DNA of 64,000 nt from a virus: positions 32,001 through 96,000 of IMG/VR virus record IMGVR_UViG_3300032220_000699; one strand, given 5' to 3'. The notes under the pieces are model-generated. The model saw only the letters and a list, made by a program, of their open reading frames with translations, ran no database searches and had not been told where the DNA came from. A program made the position numbers and the translations under genes. This document shows, in pieces, positions 1-8,849 of the stretch; within the stretch, counting starts at the first letter, position 1; every line of letters starts with the position of its first letter.

Positions 1-614
1 AAGATACGATCTCGATTTCTCATCAAGAACTCATAGAAGTTAAACTCGTCAATGCTTGGTTTCTCTTTGACGAATTCGGTCTCAAGAATCTCAATGATCT
101 TGAAGAAGTTTTGTACGAAGCTATTATAGCCACGTTTGATATTATTTTGTTCGAGCAGGAAATCTAGTTTTTCTAGCTGATCAATATTCTTACGATTCAT
201 ACGTTTATCGAACTTAAAGTTCGGAAGCATGATATACTTGATCAACTGTACATTTGGTTTTGTGATCTTGTAACGATTCAGAAGAATGTTCAAGACTTGT
301 GGCGAGATAAACTGTTCAACTTCTTGTGGCTTAGCAGCCCAAAGCAAGAAGGATATGTTGTCATCCAGATTAGATGAGACGTGTGTACCACACTTATGGC
401 AAACTTCACCAATATAATAAGCACCCTTCAGGTCACCACAGTTACATGACGGGATAATAGATAGATTGTCTTCCGAATAATTCTTAAGAATGATCGAGTC
501 AAGCTTTTCTTTGTTTTCGGTATTGAAAACATCCTCATGGTTAATAAGGATCTTAGGTGACTTGATTCGATTATAGATTGTATCAAAGTTTATCAACTTG
601 AGTGTAACTGGCAC
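1..614 (-). CDS. Non-virion RNA polymerase beta' subunit, N-terminal part (phiKZ gp55-like); runs off the left edge
   Basis: Not in the ORF track; translated by hand. AGGAG RBS, GTG at 614, MPVTLKLINFD...IPSCNCGDLKGAYYIGEVCHKCGT. The CxC...CxxC zinc site is typical of beta' N-termini, and the gene lies downstream of chimallin as in phiKZ. Confidence 0.85.
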   Translation of the reverse strand, partial: MPVTLKLINFDTIYNRIKSPKILINHEDVFNTENKEKLDSIILKNYSEDNLSIIPSCNCGDLKGAYYIGEVCHKCGTHVSSNLDDNISFLLWAAKPQEVEQFISPQVLNILLNRYKITKPNVQLIKYIMLPNFKFDKRMNRKNIDQLEKLDFLLEQNNIKRGYNSFVQNFFKIIEILETEFVKEKPSIDEFNFYEFLMRNRDRI

Positions 615-668
615 AGATCACTCCTTTCTGAAAATCACGATATTCACCTATCCAGTTTTTTATTAATA

Positions 669-923
669 TTAATCATTGCCAAGAATAATGTTACTTATCT
701 TCTTTAACCAATCTGGAAATTGTTCCAGTTCAGTGATATTAGTTATATGTTCATTAGCTATAGAGTTTATTTCATCCTGAAGTCTTGACCAGTGTATATG
801 ATCAAGCTCAGGTGCAGAAAACTGTTTGGATGAAATAATAGAGTCTAACTCTTTGGTGGATAAACCTTGTTCCTCAAAGATAGGTTTTAATTTATTAATT
901 ACATCAATGACATTACGACCCAT
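669..923 (-). CDS. Hypothetical protein, 84 aa
   Basis: AAGGAG RBS; CATATATA motif 28 nt upstream. Confidence 0.7.
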   Translation of the reverse strand: MGRNVIDVINKLKPIFEEQGLSTKELDSIISSKQFSAPELDHIHWSRLQDEINSIANEHITNITELEQFPDWLKKISNIILGND

Positions 924-950
924 AGAAATCTCCTTATATGCTACACATAC

Positions 951-974
951 TATATATGTGACTGTTTTAATTCT
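951..974 (-). promoter_or_regulatory. Early-type promoter core CATATATA
   Basis: 28 nt before 923; upstream GA at 13-nt spacing. Confidence 0.6.
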
Positions 975-1020
975 GGATGCAATAATAAGACTACCTACGA
1001 TTTACGTAGGTAGTCAATAT

Positions 1021-1197
1021 TTATTGTGTTTTTTTGTTACGATAATCGTACCGCATTTTGAGAATTATACATGAAGCACCCATTAAAATAGCTCCAGAGA
1101 AAAATCCTAACCAAAATGCTTCTAACCTCATTGCTTCTAGCCCAATAAGAGCGAGTCCATAAGGTTTTGATTCATACATCCAACCAGGTAATTCCAT
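1021..1197 (-). CDS. Small membrane protein, 58 aa (MELPGWMYESKPYGLALIGLEAMRLEAFWLGFFSGAILMGASCIILKMRYDYRNKKTQ)
   Basis: Below the ORF-track cutoff; GGAGGT RBS, hydrophobic core, basic tail. Confidence 0.65.
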   Translation of the reverse strand: MELPGWMYESKPYGLALIGLEAMRLEAFWLGFFSGAILMGASCIILKMRYDYRNKKTQ

Positions 1198-1240
1198 GTT
1201 ACCTCCCTTTCCAATACCTCAATATATGAAAAAAGAAAAG

Positions 1241-1258
1241 CAGACCCCGAAGGGTCTG
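1241..1258 (-). terminator. Intrinsic terminator after phuZ
   Basis: cagaccc/gggtctg stem plus U-tract on the minus strand. Confidence 0.8.
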
Positions 1259-1267
1259 CGTATCTTT

Positions 1268-2185
1268 TTACAGAACTACATCATCAGAATTGGAATTACT
1301 AACTTCCAGTTCCTTAAACTTGTTGATCTTCTTGTTGTCTTGAAGATCCTTGATTTCGCGTTCCATTTCTTCAACGATAATAGACAGCTTACCAAGGATA
1401 TTGTCAACACGAATATCTTCATTCTTGTATTGCGGATCGGTGACAACACAAGTAGACAGGTATTCCGGAACAACCGGCTTAATGGTCGAATGCTTATCGG
1501 TCGTCAGCAAAATACTGCTAACAATCGTTGTATTCTTTTCCGGATTAATAGTTTCGTTTTCATTGACTTCAAGGATCGAAACGGTTGGGGAATTATCCGT
1601 AACACGATCGAAGTTAATGAAATTAGTAAGATCAGTCGTATCGAATTCTTCTGTATGCTGCTTATTCACCAGCAGGGAAAGAAGATTGATGAACCAGACA
1701 GCCTTGTTATCGCTTTCTTTGCGATTGCTGTTTTCGATATAGAAAATGCTGATGGCTTTCTTGATACCATCGGAGATAGACTTGTAAGTCTTGAAAGTCT
1801 TAATCGTGTTGTCCAGTTCCTTAACGGAGTGCTTGGAATCGATTGCGATAACGATCGTATTGTGACCTTGACGAATCAATTCTTTTGCAACCAGCGGAGC
1901 GATAATGCTACCAGAACCACCGGACAACGAAGACACGACAACGTTCAGAGAAGGAGAAGGTTTGAATTTGATAACGACATCACCAGCGATGTCTTTGAAA
2001 TGTTCATAGGTCTTAGAACGATCTTTGCCTGCGCCGTCGATATTTTCGAGGACGAAGATATTGTCAGACTTCACACCCTTGAGGTTAGAGGTCGACGTGT
2101 CGATATAGTTGACTTCGATATCGAGGTCAGAAATTTGTTTTGCAATGTTACTACCACAACCGCCACAAGCGAATACAGAGATCAT
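1268..2185 (-). CDS. phuZ: Phage tubulin PhuZ/TubZ
   Basis: GGCGSNI nucleotide-binding loop, IDTS, DGAGKDR, tubulin-like signature SGGSGS, acidic C-terminal tail (NSDDVVL). Confidence 0.93.
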   Translation of the reverse strand: MISVFACGGCGSNIAKQISDLDIEVNYIDTSTSNLKGVKSDNIFVLENIDGAGKDRSKTYEHFKDIAGDVVIKFKPSPSLNVVVSSLSGGSGSIIAPLVAKELIRQGHNTIVIAIDSKHSVKELDNTIKTFKTYKSISDGIKKAISIFYIENSNRKESDNKAVWFINLLSLLVNKQHTEEFDTTDLTNFINFDRVTDNSPTVSILEVNENETINPEKNTTIVSSILLTTDKHSTIKPVVPEYLSTCVVTDPQYKNEDIRVDNILGKLSIIVEEMEREIKDLQDNKKINKFKELEVSNSNSDDVVL

Positions 2186-2251
2186 CTAAAGCTCCTGAGG
2201 AAAAAGGTTCTCACCTAATGTTTGTTTTAACCAAGACCAAAAATAAAAACA

Positions 2252-2275
2252 ACCGGAGAGGAAATCCCCTCCGGT
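2252..2275 (-). terminator. Intrinsic terminator after chmA
   Basis: accggag/ctccggt stem plus U-tract. Confidence 0.8.
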
Positions 2276-2292
2276 CATTTTGATAACGCCTA

Positions 2293-4137
2293 TTAGTACT
2301 GACGGTTGTAACCCTGCGGCATACCGAAGAAGCTGCCGTACATGTTGGAAGCACCCAGAACGCGAGCATCCTGGCCAAGCATAGCGCCAGTGAAGTCTGC
2401 AGTCGAACGACGCTGGAACATATCGTTCGTGGCACCCATGTTGCTGAACAGCGGGCTGAAGCCGACATTACGCAGAGCACCCAGCAGTTGCATCAGGAAC
2501 GGCGAGCTGAAGATCAGGCGGTCATAGTACTGCTTGTAGACGGCCGACTTGTTGCTCATTTCGTCCAGATACTTCTTACGCTCGGCGCAACGCAGCTCGT
2601 TCGGAATGCTGGTGTTGTACAGAGTGTTGGTGTACTGAGCGATCAGTGCAGGCGACTGATTGGTATCAGCGATAAAGTTTGCAAAGCCCAGGTAGGAATT
2701 CAGGTGACGAATATCCTTGTAACCACCGTTTGCCGACTTGTAGAAACCACCGTGGATCTTGTTGGTGATGCTGTCGAACATCTGGAAGTTACCGCCCTGG
2801 AAGGAACCATTGGTCATGGTGTTGATGTAATCCATCACACGACCGAAAGCATCCTTGGAGTTGCGGAACTTGATATAGGGCAGAGCGGACATGAACCAGG
2901 TTTCCGGACCAGCCTTGGGGACATCGATCGACACCAGGATGTTCGGACGAACCAAACGCTGGATGTAGTTGTTCAGATCGATCACGGAGAAGGTCTTGTC
3001 CTTCGTGTTGATCTTCTTGCCGAAACCAGTCTGGTTCAGCTCGATGTTGCCTTCGACGTTCAGGCCGCCGATATCGTTGAAGTCGATTTCATTCTTCTTA
3101 CCCGGAGTCGGACGGAAAGCCTGCATCCAGTTCATATCTTCATTCAGCGCGAAGACAGAAGCCACGCCGAGGAACATGATATCCGGAGTCGGAGCAACCT
3201 TGGATTCGATGTGGGTAATAACGAAGTTCGGAACAAACTTCTGGCTACCAACCATGCCGTTGACCATCGTCGGCGACCATTCGAAATCGATGTAACCATA
3301 GGTCTTCACGATGTCGAAAGCGTCATCACCTTGATTGATGGAACGCTGGTTCTGGCTGGTGTTCATCTTGTACGACAGAGCGATACACACGTCTTGACGA
3401 ACCGGCATACCGGTCTGGTCGAAGAACTGAGCATCTTCCTGGTTGAAGTACATGTTGATGAAGAACTTGCCATTGCGATTGTTGTTGATCAGCTCAGCCA
3501 GATTAACACCCTTGTAGTCATTCACACGGATGTTGATTTCCGAGTGCGTGGCGTTGAAGGTATTCTGGATCAGATCGTTCACCATAGCTTCGCTGGTGAC
3601 ATCGAATTCGTTCGGCACCAGGGTACCGTCGGTAACGATGACGGTGGACACATCAACCTTGAGGGCGTCAGCGACCGCAGCAGCAGCTTGAGAAACATAC
3701 TTGTCGTCGAGTGCGTCTGCCGGAGTACGAGTGATTTCGTAACGAGTACCGGCAACGGTTTCGATGAGCTTTTCCGGATAATCACCGGTCTTTTCGACCA
3801 TGAGGATATGTGCAGCAGTAACGCCGTTAAACGTTTCGGCGATAACGATTGCAGAGTAGTTCAGACCAGCATTCTGCTTCAGAAGCTTGACGGCAGCATA
3901 GGTTTCTTCCGTTTTGACTTCTTCATTCAGGAACTTGATCTTCTTGGAGATGTTTTCGTACAGCTTTTCGAACTGCTCACCGCCGGAACCAAATGCCGAC
4001 AGACGAGTTTGAAGACCGAATACCGGCATGAAAGCAGCGCCGGCTTGTTGAGTGGGTTGTGCAGCAGCAGCCGGAGCAGCGGATTGTTGTGCAGCGGCAG
4101 CCTTCTTGGTACCGGTGGAAGTAGCGTTAACGCTCAT
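2293..4137 (-). CDS. chmA: Chimallin, phage nuclear shell protein
   Basis: 614 aa with A/Q-rich N-terminal arm; segments DQTGMPVRQDVCI, DFNDIGGL, INTKDKTF...VRPNILVSID resemble recalled 201phi2-1 gp105 segments; strong high-expression codon bias; upstream of nvRNAP beta'. Confidence 0.88.
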   Translation of the reverse strand: MSVNATSTGTKKAAAAQQSAAPAAAAQPTQQAGAAFMPVFGLQTRLSAFGSGGEQFEKLYENISKKIKFLNEEVKTEETYAAVKLLKQNAGLNYSAIVIAETFNGVTAAHILMVEKTGDYPEKLIETVAGTRYEITRTPADALDDKYVSQAAAAVADALKVDVSTVIVTDGTLVPNEFDVTSEAMVNDLIQNTFNATHSEINIRVNDYKGVNLAELINNNRNGKFFINMYFNQEDAQFFDQTGMPVRQDVCIALSYKMNTSQNQRSINQGDDAFDIVKTYGYIDFEWSPTMVNGMVGSQKFVPNFVITHIESKVAPTPDIMFLGVASVFALNEDMNWMQAFRPTPGKKNEIDFNDIGGLNVEGNIELNQTGFGKKINTKDKTFSVIDLNNYIQRLVRPNILVSIDVPKAGPETWFMSALPYIKFRNSKDAFGRVMDYINTMTNGSFQGGNFQMFDSITNKIHGGFYKSANGGYKDIRHLNSYLGFANFIADTNQSPALIAQYTNTLYNTSIPNELRCAERKKYLDEMSNKSAVYKQYYDRLIFSSPFLMQLLGALRNVGFSPLFSNMGATNDMFQRRSTADFTGAMLGQDARVLGASNMYGSFFGMPQGYNRQY

Positions 4138-4261
4138 GTGAAACTCCTTCTTCTGTTTGATGGATGTGAAAAATTCGATGTCTCTAAGTCAGCTACAGGC
4201 GATCACCTGTAACTTTCTCACTCTATATGAATAATAGTAATTTTTTAATATTTGAAATTGA

Positions 4262-4744
4262 TTAATGCAGAAAAGGAATCAATCGTTTCAAACTGAATTT
4301 ACGAGCAATAAACTTGGTCTTTCTTTTATTGATGTAATCACGATAAGCTGAATTCACATGGATATGAACCGCCTCCAACCCAAATTTCTTCTTGAGATCC
4401 TCCGGGATATAAATGATACTACCGTTGAAGATAATGATTTTCCCCCGATGCGCTGCTGTGAGATTCACATAACGAATCAGAATGGACTTTTGTTCCTCGG
4501 CTAATTCAGCCGAAGACTTAATGATCACAAGATCATAATAATAATCAATCTTGCTATAACTCAGAATCTGTTTGATTTGAGTAATATAATCGATGTAAGT
4601 ACCGTTTTTAGTTCGAGCGATATTGCCGAACACAAATTCAGACAGCTGAGTAGACAACGTGTCTCCACGCATAAACTGCTCAGTTAAATTTTCTATATCC
4701 GAAACAACGGTATTGTTGGTTACTAATGCCTCCGGATAAAACAT
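4262..4744 (-). CDS. Hypothetical protein, 160 aa
   Basis: AGGAG RBS; early-type promoter 36 nt upstream. Confidence 0.7.
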   Translation of the reverse strand: MFYPEALVTNNTVVSDIENLTEQFMRGDTLSTQLSEFVFGNIARTKNGTYIDYITQIKQILSYSKIDYYYDLVIIKSSAELAEEQKSILIRYVNLTAAHRGKIIIFNGSIIYIPEDLKKKFGLEAVHIHVNSAYRDYINKRKTKFIARKFSLKRLIPFLH

Positions 4745-4779
4745 GTTTAAAAGCTCCTTTGTAGTTTAACTACAGATAC

Positions 4780-4803
4780 TATATATGCGGTTATTTCTCT
4801 TTC
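4780..4803 (-). promoter_or_regulatory. Early-type promoter GA-N14-CATATATA
   Basis: 36 nt before 4744. Confidence 0.75.
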
Positions 4804-4850
4804 CAATGCAGATTTTATAAATAGTGTATTAAAATAAATATCTTCTATTT

Positions 4851-4857
4851 TTTGACT
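4851..4857 (+). promoter_or_regulatory. Late-type motif TTTGACT
   Basis: 27 nt before 4878. Confidence 0.6.
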
Positions 4858-4877
4858 ATGAATTAAGGAAAGATATA

Positions 4878-5984
4878 ATGCTATATCTGGATATCTTCAA
4901 CCGGGATTATATTAATCGAACTCCGATAACCGGTATCGTACATCCAACTGACCTAAGTTATTTACGTCGTTTGTACATTTTTAATAAAGATGCAATCGAG
5001 CGTTATTACCAAGAAAGGAATTTTGCTGTTAAGAACACCCATATTCTTAGCAGAATCCTAGAACACTTCCCTACCTATATTCAATACGATACATTCCGTT
5101 ATATTGACTACGCTTTAGATAAACTAAAGTACCTAGCCAAGCATTTTCAATTTACAAGCGATATTGAAAAAGGTACTGTACATCCTGGTAATTTCTTCGG
5201 GAATGAAAACGAAGAGATTATTATAGCAAGTTATGAACTATTTGATGTCAGTGAACTAACACGTAATTGGCAACAAGCTAAAACAGTTTATACGTTAACA
5301 CATAATCGGAACGACCATAAGTTACTACTTCCGTTAGGAACAGACGACGAAAGTAAATCAGGACTTTGCAGTCTAATGATTAATATACCTAAACTTGCAG
5401 TTCAGTATCGTGAGTTTAATAAGCAACAAGCCCGTCATGAAGCCGGACAAGTTGAAGATGGAAGTTTAGTTTTAAATAAGAATCACTTTGTTATTAAATA
5501 TGTGATTAGTAACATGATGGACGATGTTATTGATCATATGTTTCTGAATAAGATCATTGACAAGTTTTATGGTATTGAAACACAGCAGCCTAAGTTTAAG
5601 CATCGTTTCAAGATCTTTGAACCCAATCTTCAGATAGAACGTTATGTCGAACAAACACTTGATGTTATCACAAGTAAGAGTTTAGACTTTATAAATATCT
5701 TACATAATATCCATTTAATGTTTAAGATTGATGCAAGTGAATTACTTGCTCTTCCTAACATTGGTTATACAAATCAGATCAAGTGGGCACTTTTTATTAG
5801 TCGTCTTGATTACATGATATTCTTGTACGATGTAGCAAAGAATAAATCTGGCAATAAACATTATATTAATGACTGGAAACGTTTAGCTAAACGAATCGAA
5901 AGAGACGGTCGATTAAACGATATGTTCAGTTATGAAACTGAAAAAGATATTAAAGAGAAGTTGTATAGAATTTCACAAATGTAA
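4878..5984 (+). CDS. phiKZ-like late/virion protein, 368 aa
   Basis: AAGGA RBS, late-type TTTGACT motif, bidirectional terminator after the stop; function inferred from context only. Confidence 0.6.
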   Translation: MLYLDIFNRDYINRTPITGIVHPTDLSYLRRLYIFNKDAIERYYQERNFAVKNTHILSRILEHFPTYIQYDTFRYIDYALDKLKYLAKHFQFTSDIEKGTVHPGNFFGNENEEIIIASYELFDVSELTRNWQQAKTVYTLTHNRNDHKLLLPLGTDDESKSGLCSLMINIPKLAVQYREFNKQQARHEAGQVEDGSLVLNKNHFVIKYVISNMMDDVIDHMFLNKIIDKFYGIETQQPKFKHRFKIFEPNLQIERYVEQTLDVITSKSLDFINILHNIHLMFKIDASELLALPNIGYTNQIKWALFISRLDYMIFLYDVAKNKSGNKHYINDWKRLAKRIERDGRLNDMFSYETEKDIKEKLYRISQM

Positions 5985-6015
5985 CTATCTGGCTACCTGT
6001 TTGGTAGCCAGATAG
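5985..6015. terminator. Bidirectional terminator
   Basis: 13-bp inverted repeat between convergent genes. Confidence 0.8.
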
Positions 6016-6016
6016 T

Positions 6017-6199
6017 TTATCTTACAACAATCGGATCTTTTCTTTGAAGAGTAGTCGTCATCTTTTTACGATGGGTCTCTTCTTTATAATCTTTACTTTC
6101 CTGGATGAATTTCTTTCTAGGACAATCTTTACAGTTTTCTTTGCAATCTTCTAAAGAACAATTAAAACATACTCTATCTGCGGCTGGTAAGTTACACAT
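6017..6199 (-). CDS. Small Cys-rich protein, 60 aa
   Basis: CxxC..CxxxCxxC; GGGGA-like RBS; ends at terminator. Confidence 0.5.
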   Translation of the reverse strand: MCNLPAADRVCFNCSLEDCKENCKDCPRKKFIQESKDYKEETHRKKMTTTLQRKDPIVVR

Positions 6200-6239
6200 T
6201 GCGAAAAGTCCCCTATTGGAAAATTGGATCTATGTCCAA

Positions 6240-6608
6240 TTAATTTCCATTTAAAATAGTCGCTAGTGCTCTTGCTTGATTAACTTTAGAGGTCGCAAAC
6301 ATATCTGTTAAAGTAAAATCGTACTTTGGTAGCAGACTTCTTAATTCCTCAATAAGCTCTGGATTATGAATAGCCCATTCTTTCCAAAGCTTTAGATACT
6401 CTTCCCAAAGATCCACAGATTCATTAAGAGGTGGTTTACCTTTACCTTCACTAATAGAAGGATAGCCCTTCACACCAACTTGATAATGATATTCTATTGA
6501 TTTACCATCGGGCAGTCTTGCAAAGAATGCAGAAAACCTTTTGTCACCTTTGGATGATACTTCATATCCAGGACGATGGAATCTACCCCAGTTAACAATT
6601 ACGCTCAT
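6240..6608 (-). CDS. NADAR/YbiA-like protein (divergent)
   Basis: FSAFFARLPDGKSIEYHYQVGVKG resembles the NADAR SNF...DG...SVEHYYQA.K segment; C-terminal NQARALATIL. Confidence 0.5.
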   Translation of the reverse strand: MSVIVNWGRFHRPGYEVSSKGDKRFSAFFARLPDGKSIEYHYQVGVKGYPSISEGKGKPPLNESVDLWEEYLKLWKEWAIHNPELIEELRSLLPKYDFTLTDMFATSKVNQARALATILNGN

Positions 6609-6879
6609 GTTTGCCAGTCACCGTGATAATCTCTGAGATATAAGAATTGAACTTGTACTGAAAATCTTCAACCCAGCACTTAGGTTTAGTTTCATCAAAG
6701 ACCTTCAGGATGACTTTGATATCTTTACCATTTTGTTCAACACCGATTGCTAAAAATTGTTCTTCTGACAATGAATGTGAAAGTTTATCTACTTTCTTAA
6801 TAATATCATTAACAATATTTTTAGTTATAAACAAATTAATAAGATATTCTGTAAGGCTGGTAATAGTCCATTCACCCAT
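6592..6879 (-). CDS. Hypothetical protein, 95 aa
   Basis: Tightly packed in a minus-strand run. Confidence 0.6.
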   Translation of the reverse strand: MGEWTITSLTEYLINLFITKNIVNDIIKKVDKLSHSLSEEQFLAIGVEQNGKDIKVILKVFDETKPKCWVEDFQYKFNSYISEIITVTGKHERNC

Positions 6880-6880
6880 T

Positions 6881-7096
6881 TTATTCTTTCTTTATATCGC
6901 CTGTCTTCACATCGACACGGTGCCAGTTATCAGTGCCGACTAGTTTCATTTCGAAAGTATCGTCTCTCATACAAACGGCTAACTGATTACCTTCTGCTGT
7001 TTCAAGTATAACACTGTTGAAAATTTCCTTCAATACTATATTTCGGTCTTGATCAACTGATACTTTCATTTTGTGCTCCAATGTAAACGTTATCAA
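6881..7096 (-). CDS. Hypothetical protein, 71 aa
   Basis: Abuts the next ORF; plausible composition. Confidence 0.55.
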   Translation of the reverse strand: MITFTLEHKMKVSVDQDRNIVLKEIFNSVILETAEGNQLAVCMRDDTFEMKLVGTDNWHRVDVKTGDIKKE

Positions 7097-7124
7097 ACTA
7101 ATTAAAGACAGAATTAAAAAATTG

Positions 7125-7131
7125 TTTGACT
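7125..7131 (+). promoter_or_regulatory. Late-type motif TTTGACT
   Basis: 25 nt before 7150. Confidence 0.6.
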
Positions 7132-7149
7132 TTATCGAAAGGATTTGAA

Positions 7150-7587
7150 ATGCCTACCTTCTTATTGAAAAAATACGACTCTGCTCCCACGGAAAACGTT
7201 AATCAAGAAAATCCGGAACAACCTTCTGAAAAGAAAGAAGAACAAGTTCCTGAGACAATGACTATCACTGTGTCTGGTTCTATCTCTCAGATTGTCGCTA
7301 CTGCTCTAAATAAAGTTCTTGAGAATACAGATGTTCAAGTAGAACAAACTGATTCTGAAGATCAGAACGCTGACGTGAAAGCTATTTCCACTGAAAATAT
7401 CAATGAAGAACCAGTTGATACACTCAGAAATATTCACGATAATGACTTTGTGTTTATTCACACACAAGGGTTTACAACTGCACAGGAAGAATGGTTCTTG
7501 ACAAATATGGCTAATAAAACCAACAAGGTTGTTTATACGTTGGAAAGCTTTATTAACCATGTTAAAGCACACTTTAAGCTGGGTTAA
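7150..7587 (+). CDS. Acidic late protein, about 145 aa
   Basis: ATG at 7150 chosen because TTTGACT lies 25 nt upstream; coupled to 7591. Confidence 0.6.
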   Translation: MPTFLLKKYDSAPTENVNQENPEQPSEKKEEQVPETMTITVSGSISQIVATALNKVLENTDVQVEQTDSEDQNADVKAISTENINEEPVDTLRNIHDNDFVFIHTQGFTTAQEEWFLTNMANKTNKVVYTLESFINHVKAHFKLG

Positions 7588-7590
7588 ACC

Positions 7591-8811
7591 ATGCACGTCA
7601 AAGAGGCTTTTGATAAGCTATTCGAAGGAGTTCGCTTCGACACTAGCTTTTACAAAAAGATCGTAGTTAACAATATTCAGTTTATTACTAGAAACACAGA
7701 GTTTAAGAATCTGTTTGGTTCTAAACTTATTGGAAATCATCTTGTTAAATACACTATGTATGACAAGGATATTTTCTATGATAATCTGTTCGGCATAACT
7801 GCTTCGGATGTTATTGAAACAATTGATAAGATTACTACTATTAACAAGAACTTCAAGATTGCTCGTGATGACGTCAACCTTGTTTGTTTTTATATAGCGC
7901 ATCGTTTCCTTTCGAATAAAGATCTTCCTAAAGAAAAAGCTGAAGAGTATGCTAGAGAGATTCTAGATTACTTTAATTATAGAACATTGGTTCTTATTTC
8001 AAGCAACTACTTTGTTTATCCTATTTCTGAAGAAAAAGCATTAACACTGATTGAACGCTTGAATAACAAATACATTATTAAGAAACTTAAGAACTGGAAT
8101 GAATATTGTCAGTATCGTAGTCAAGAGTATATCGATAGTAAGTTTCGTGATCTGTTAGTTAAGTTTAATCGTGATCCTGAACTTCCTAACGCTATTACTG
8201 ACTTATTTAATAGAACAAAAGACACAATCAAAAATATCTATAGTGAATTTATGGATATGGTTGAAAATGATGACATTATTAAGAGTCGAAAGAATATTAT
8301 CAATGACGTAGAAGGTGCTGAAGTTATTGTTGATAAACTAGATACTCCGGAAAAATACTTTATTAAGATTGAAAATATCTTAGTTGAGAAAAATACTTTT
8401 GTTAAAAAAGACTATATTAATGTTGTAACAGACATTATCAATAGTGTTTCTTATAAACAAGTGGAAGAAACACTAAGTTTAATTTGTGATTATAACTTCT
8501 CTACTCGTGAAAATAATCAAAAGGTTCTTGCTTTTGTTAACAGTGTTCTTGTTAATACAATTGATTACCTGAATAAGAATAATCTTTTCTTACATAATAA
8601 ATCTGACATTATTGATGTCATGAATACTATTGTCGGTAATGTTTTATATGCCCGTGGTACAGATATTGAAATCAATAAGGTAAAAGATCAAGGTGATAAG
8701 TTAATTAAAGAAATTTACAAATCACATAAAAAATACATTACGGATCGCAACATCAAGAATATTCGTAATGCTGTTTATATTTATATTGTATTACGAGCTG
8801 TAATCGATTAA
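7591..8811 (+). CDS. phiKZ-like virion structural protein, 406 aa
   Basis: Long ORF in a late operon; specific function not resolved. Confidence 0.55.
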   Translation: MHVKEAFDKLFEGVRFDTSFYKKIVVNNIQFITRNTEFKNLFGSKLIGNHLVKYTMYDKDIFYDNLFGITASDVIETIDKITTINKNFKIARDDVNLVCFYIAHRFLSNKDLPKEKAEEYAREILDYFNYRTLVLISSNYFVYPISEEKALTLIERLNNKYIIKKLKNWNEYCQYRSQEYIDSKFRDLLVKFNRDPELPNAITDLFNRTKDTIKNIYSEFMDMVENDDIIKSRKNIINDVEGAEVIVDKLDTPEKYFIKIENILVEKNTFVKKDYINVVTDIINSVSYKQVEETLSLICDYNFSTRENNQKVLAFVNSVLVNTIDYLNKNNLFLHNKSDIIDVMNTIVGNVLYARGTDIEINKVKDQGDKLIKEIYKSHKKYITDRNIKNIRNAVYIYIVLRAVID

Positions 8812-8815
8812 AAGA

Positions 8816-8844
8816 ACACCAGAGGGGAGTTACCCCTCTGGTGT
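8816..8844. terminator. Bidirectional terminator
   Basis: acaccagaggg/ccctctggtgt. Confidence 0.85.
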
Positions 8845-8849
8845 CTTAT

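Noticed and set aside
1196-4212. Long plus-strand ORFs (340 aa, 574 aa) opposite phuZ and chmA
   Set aside because: Antisense shadows produced by the biased codon usage of the real genes; no RBS or recognisable motifs
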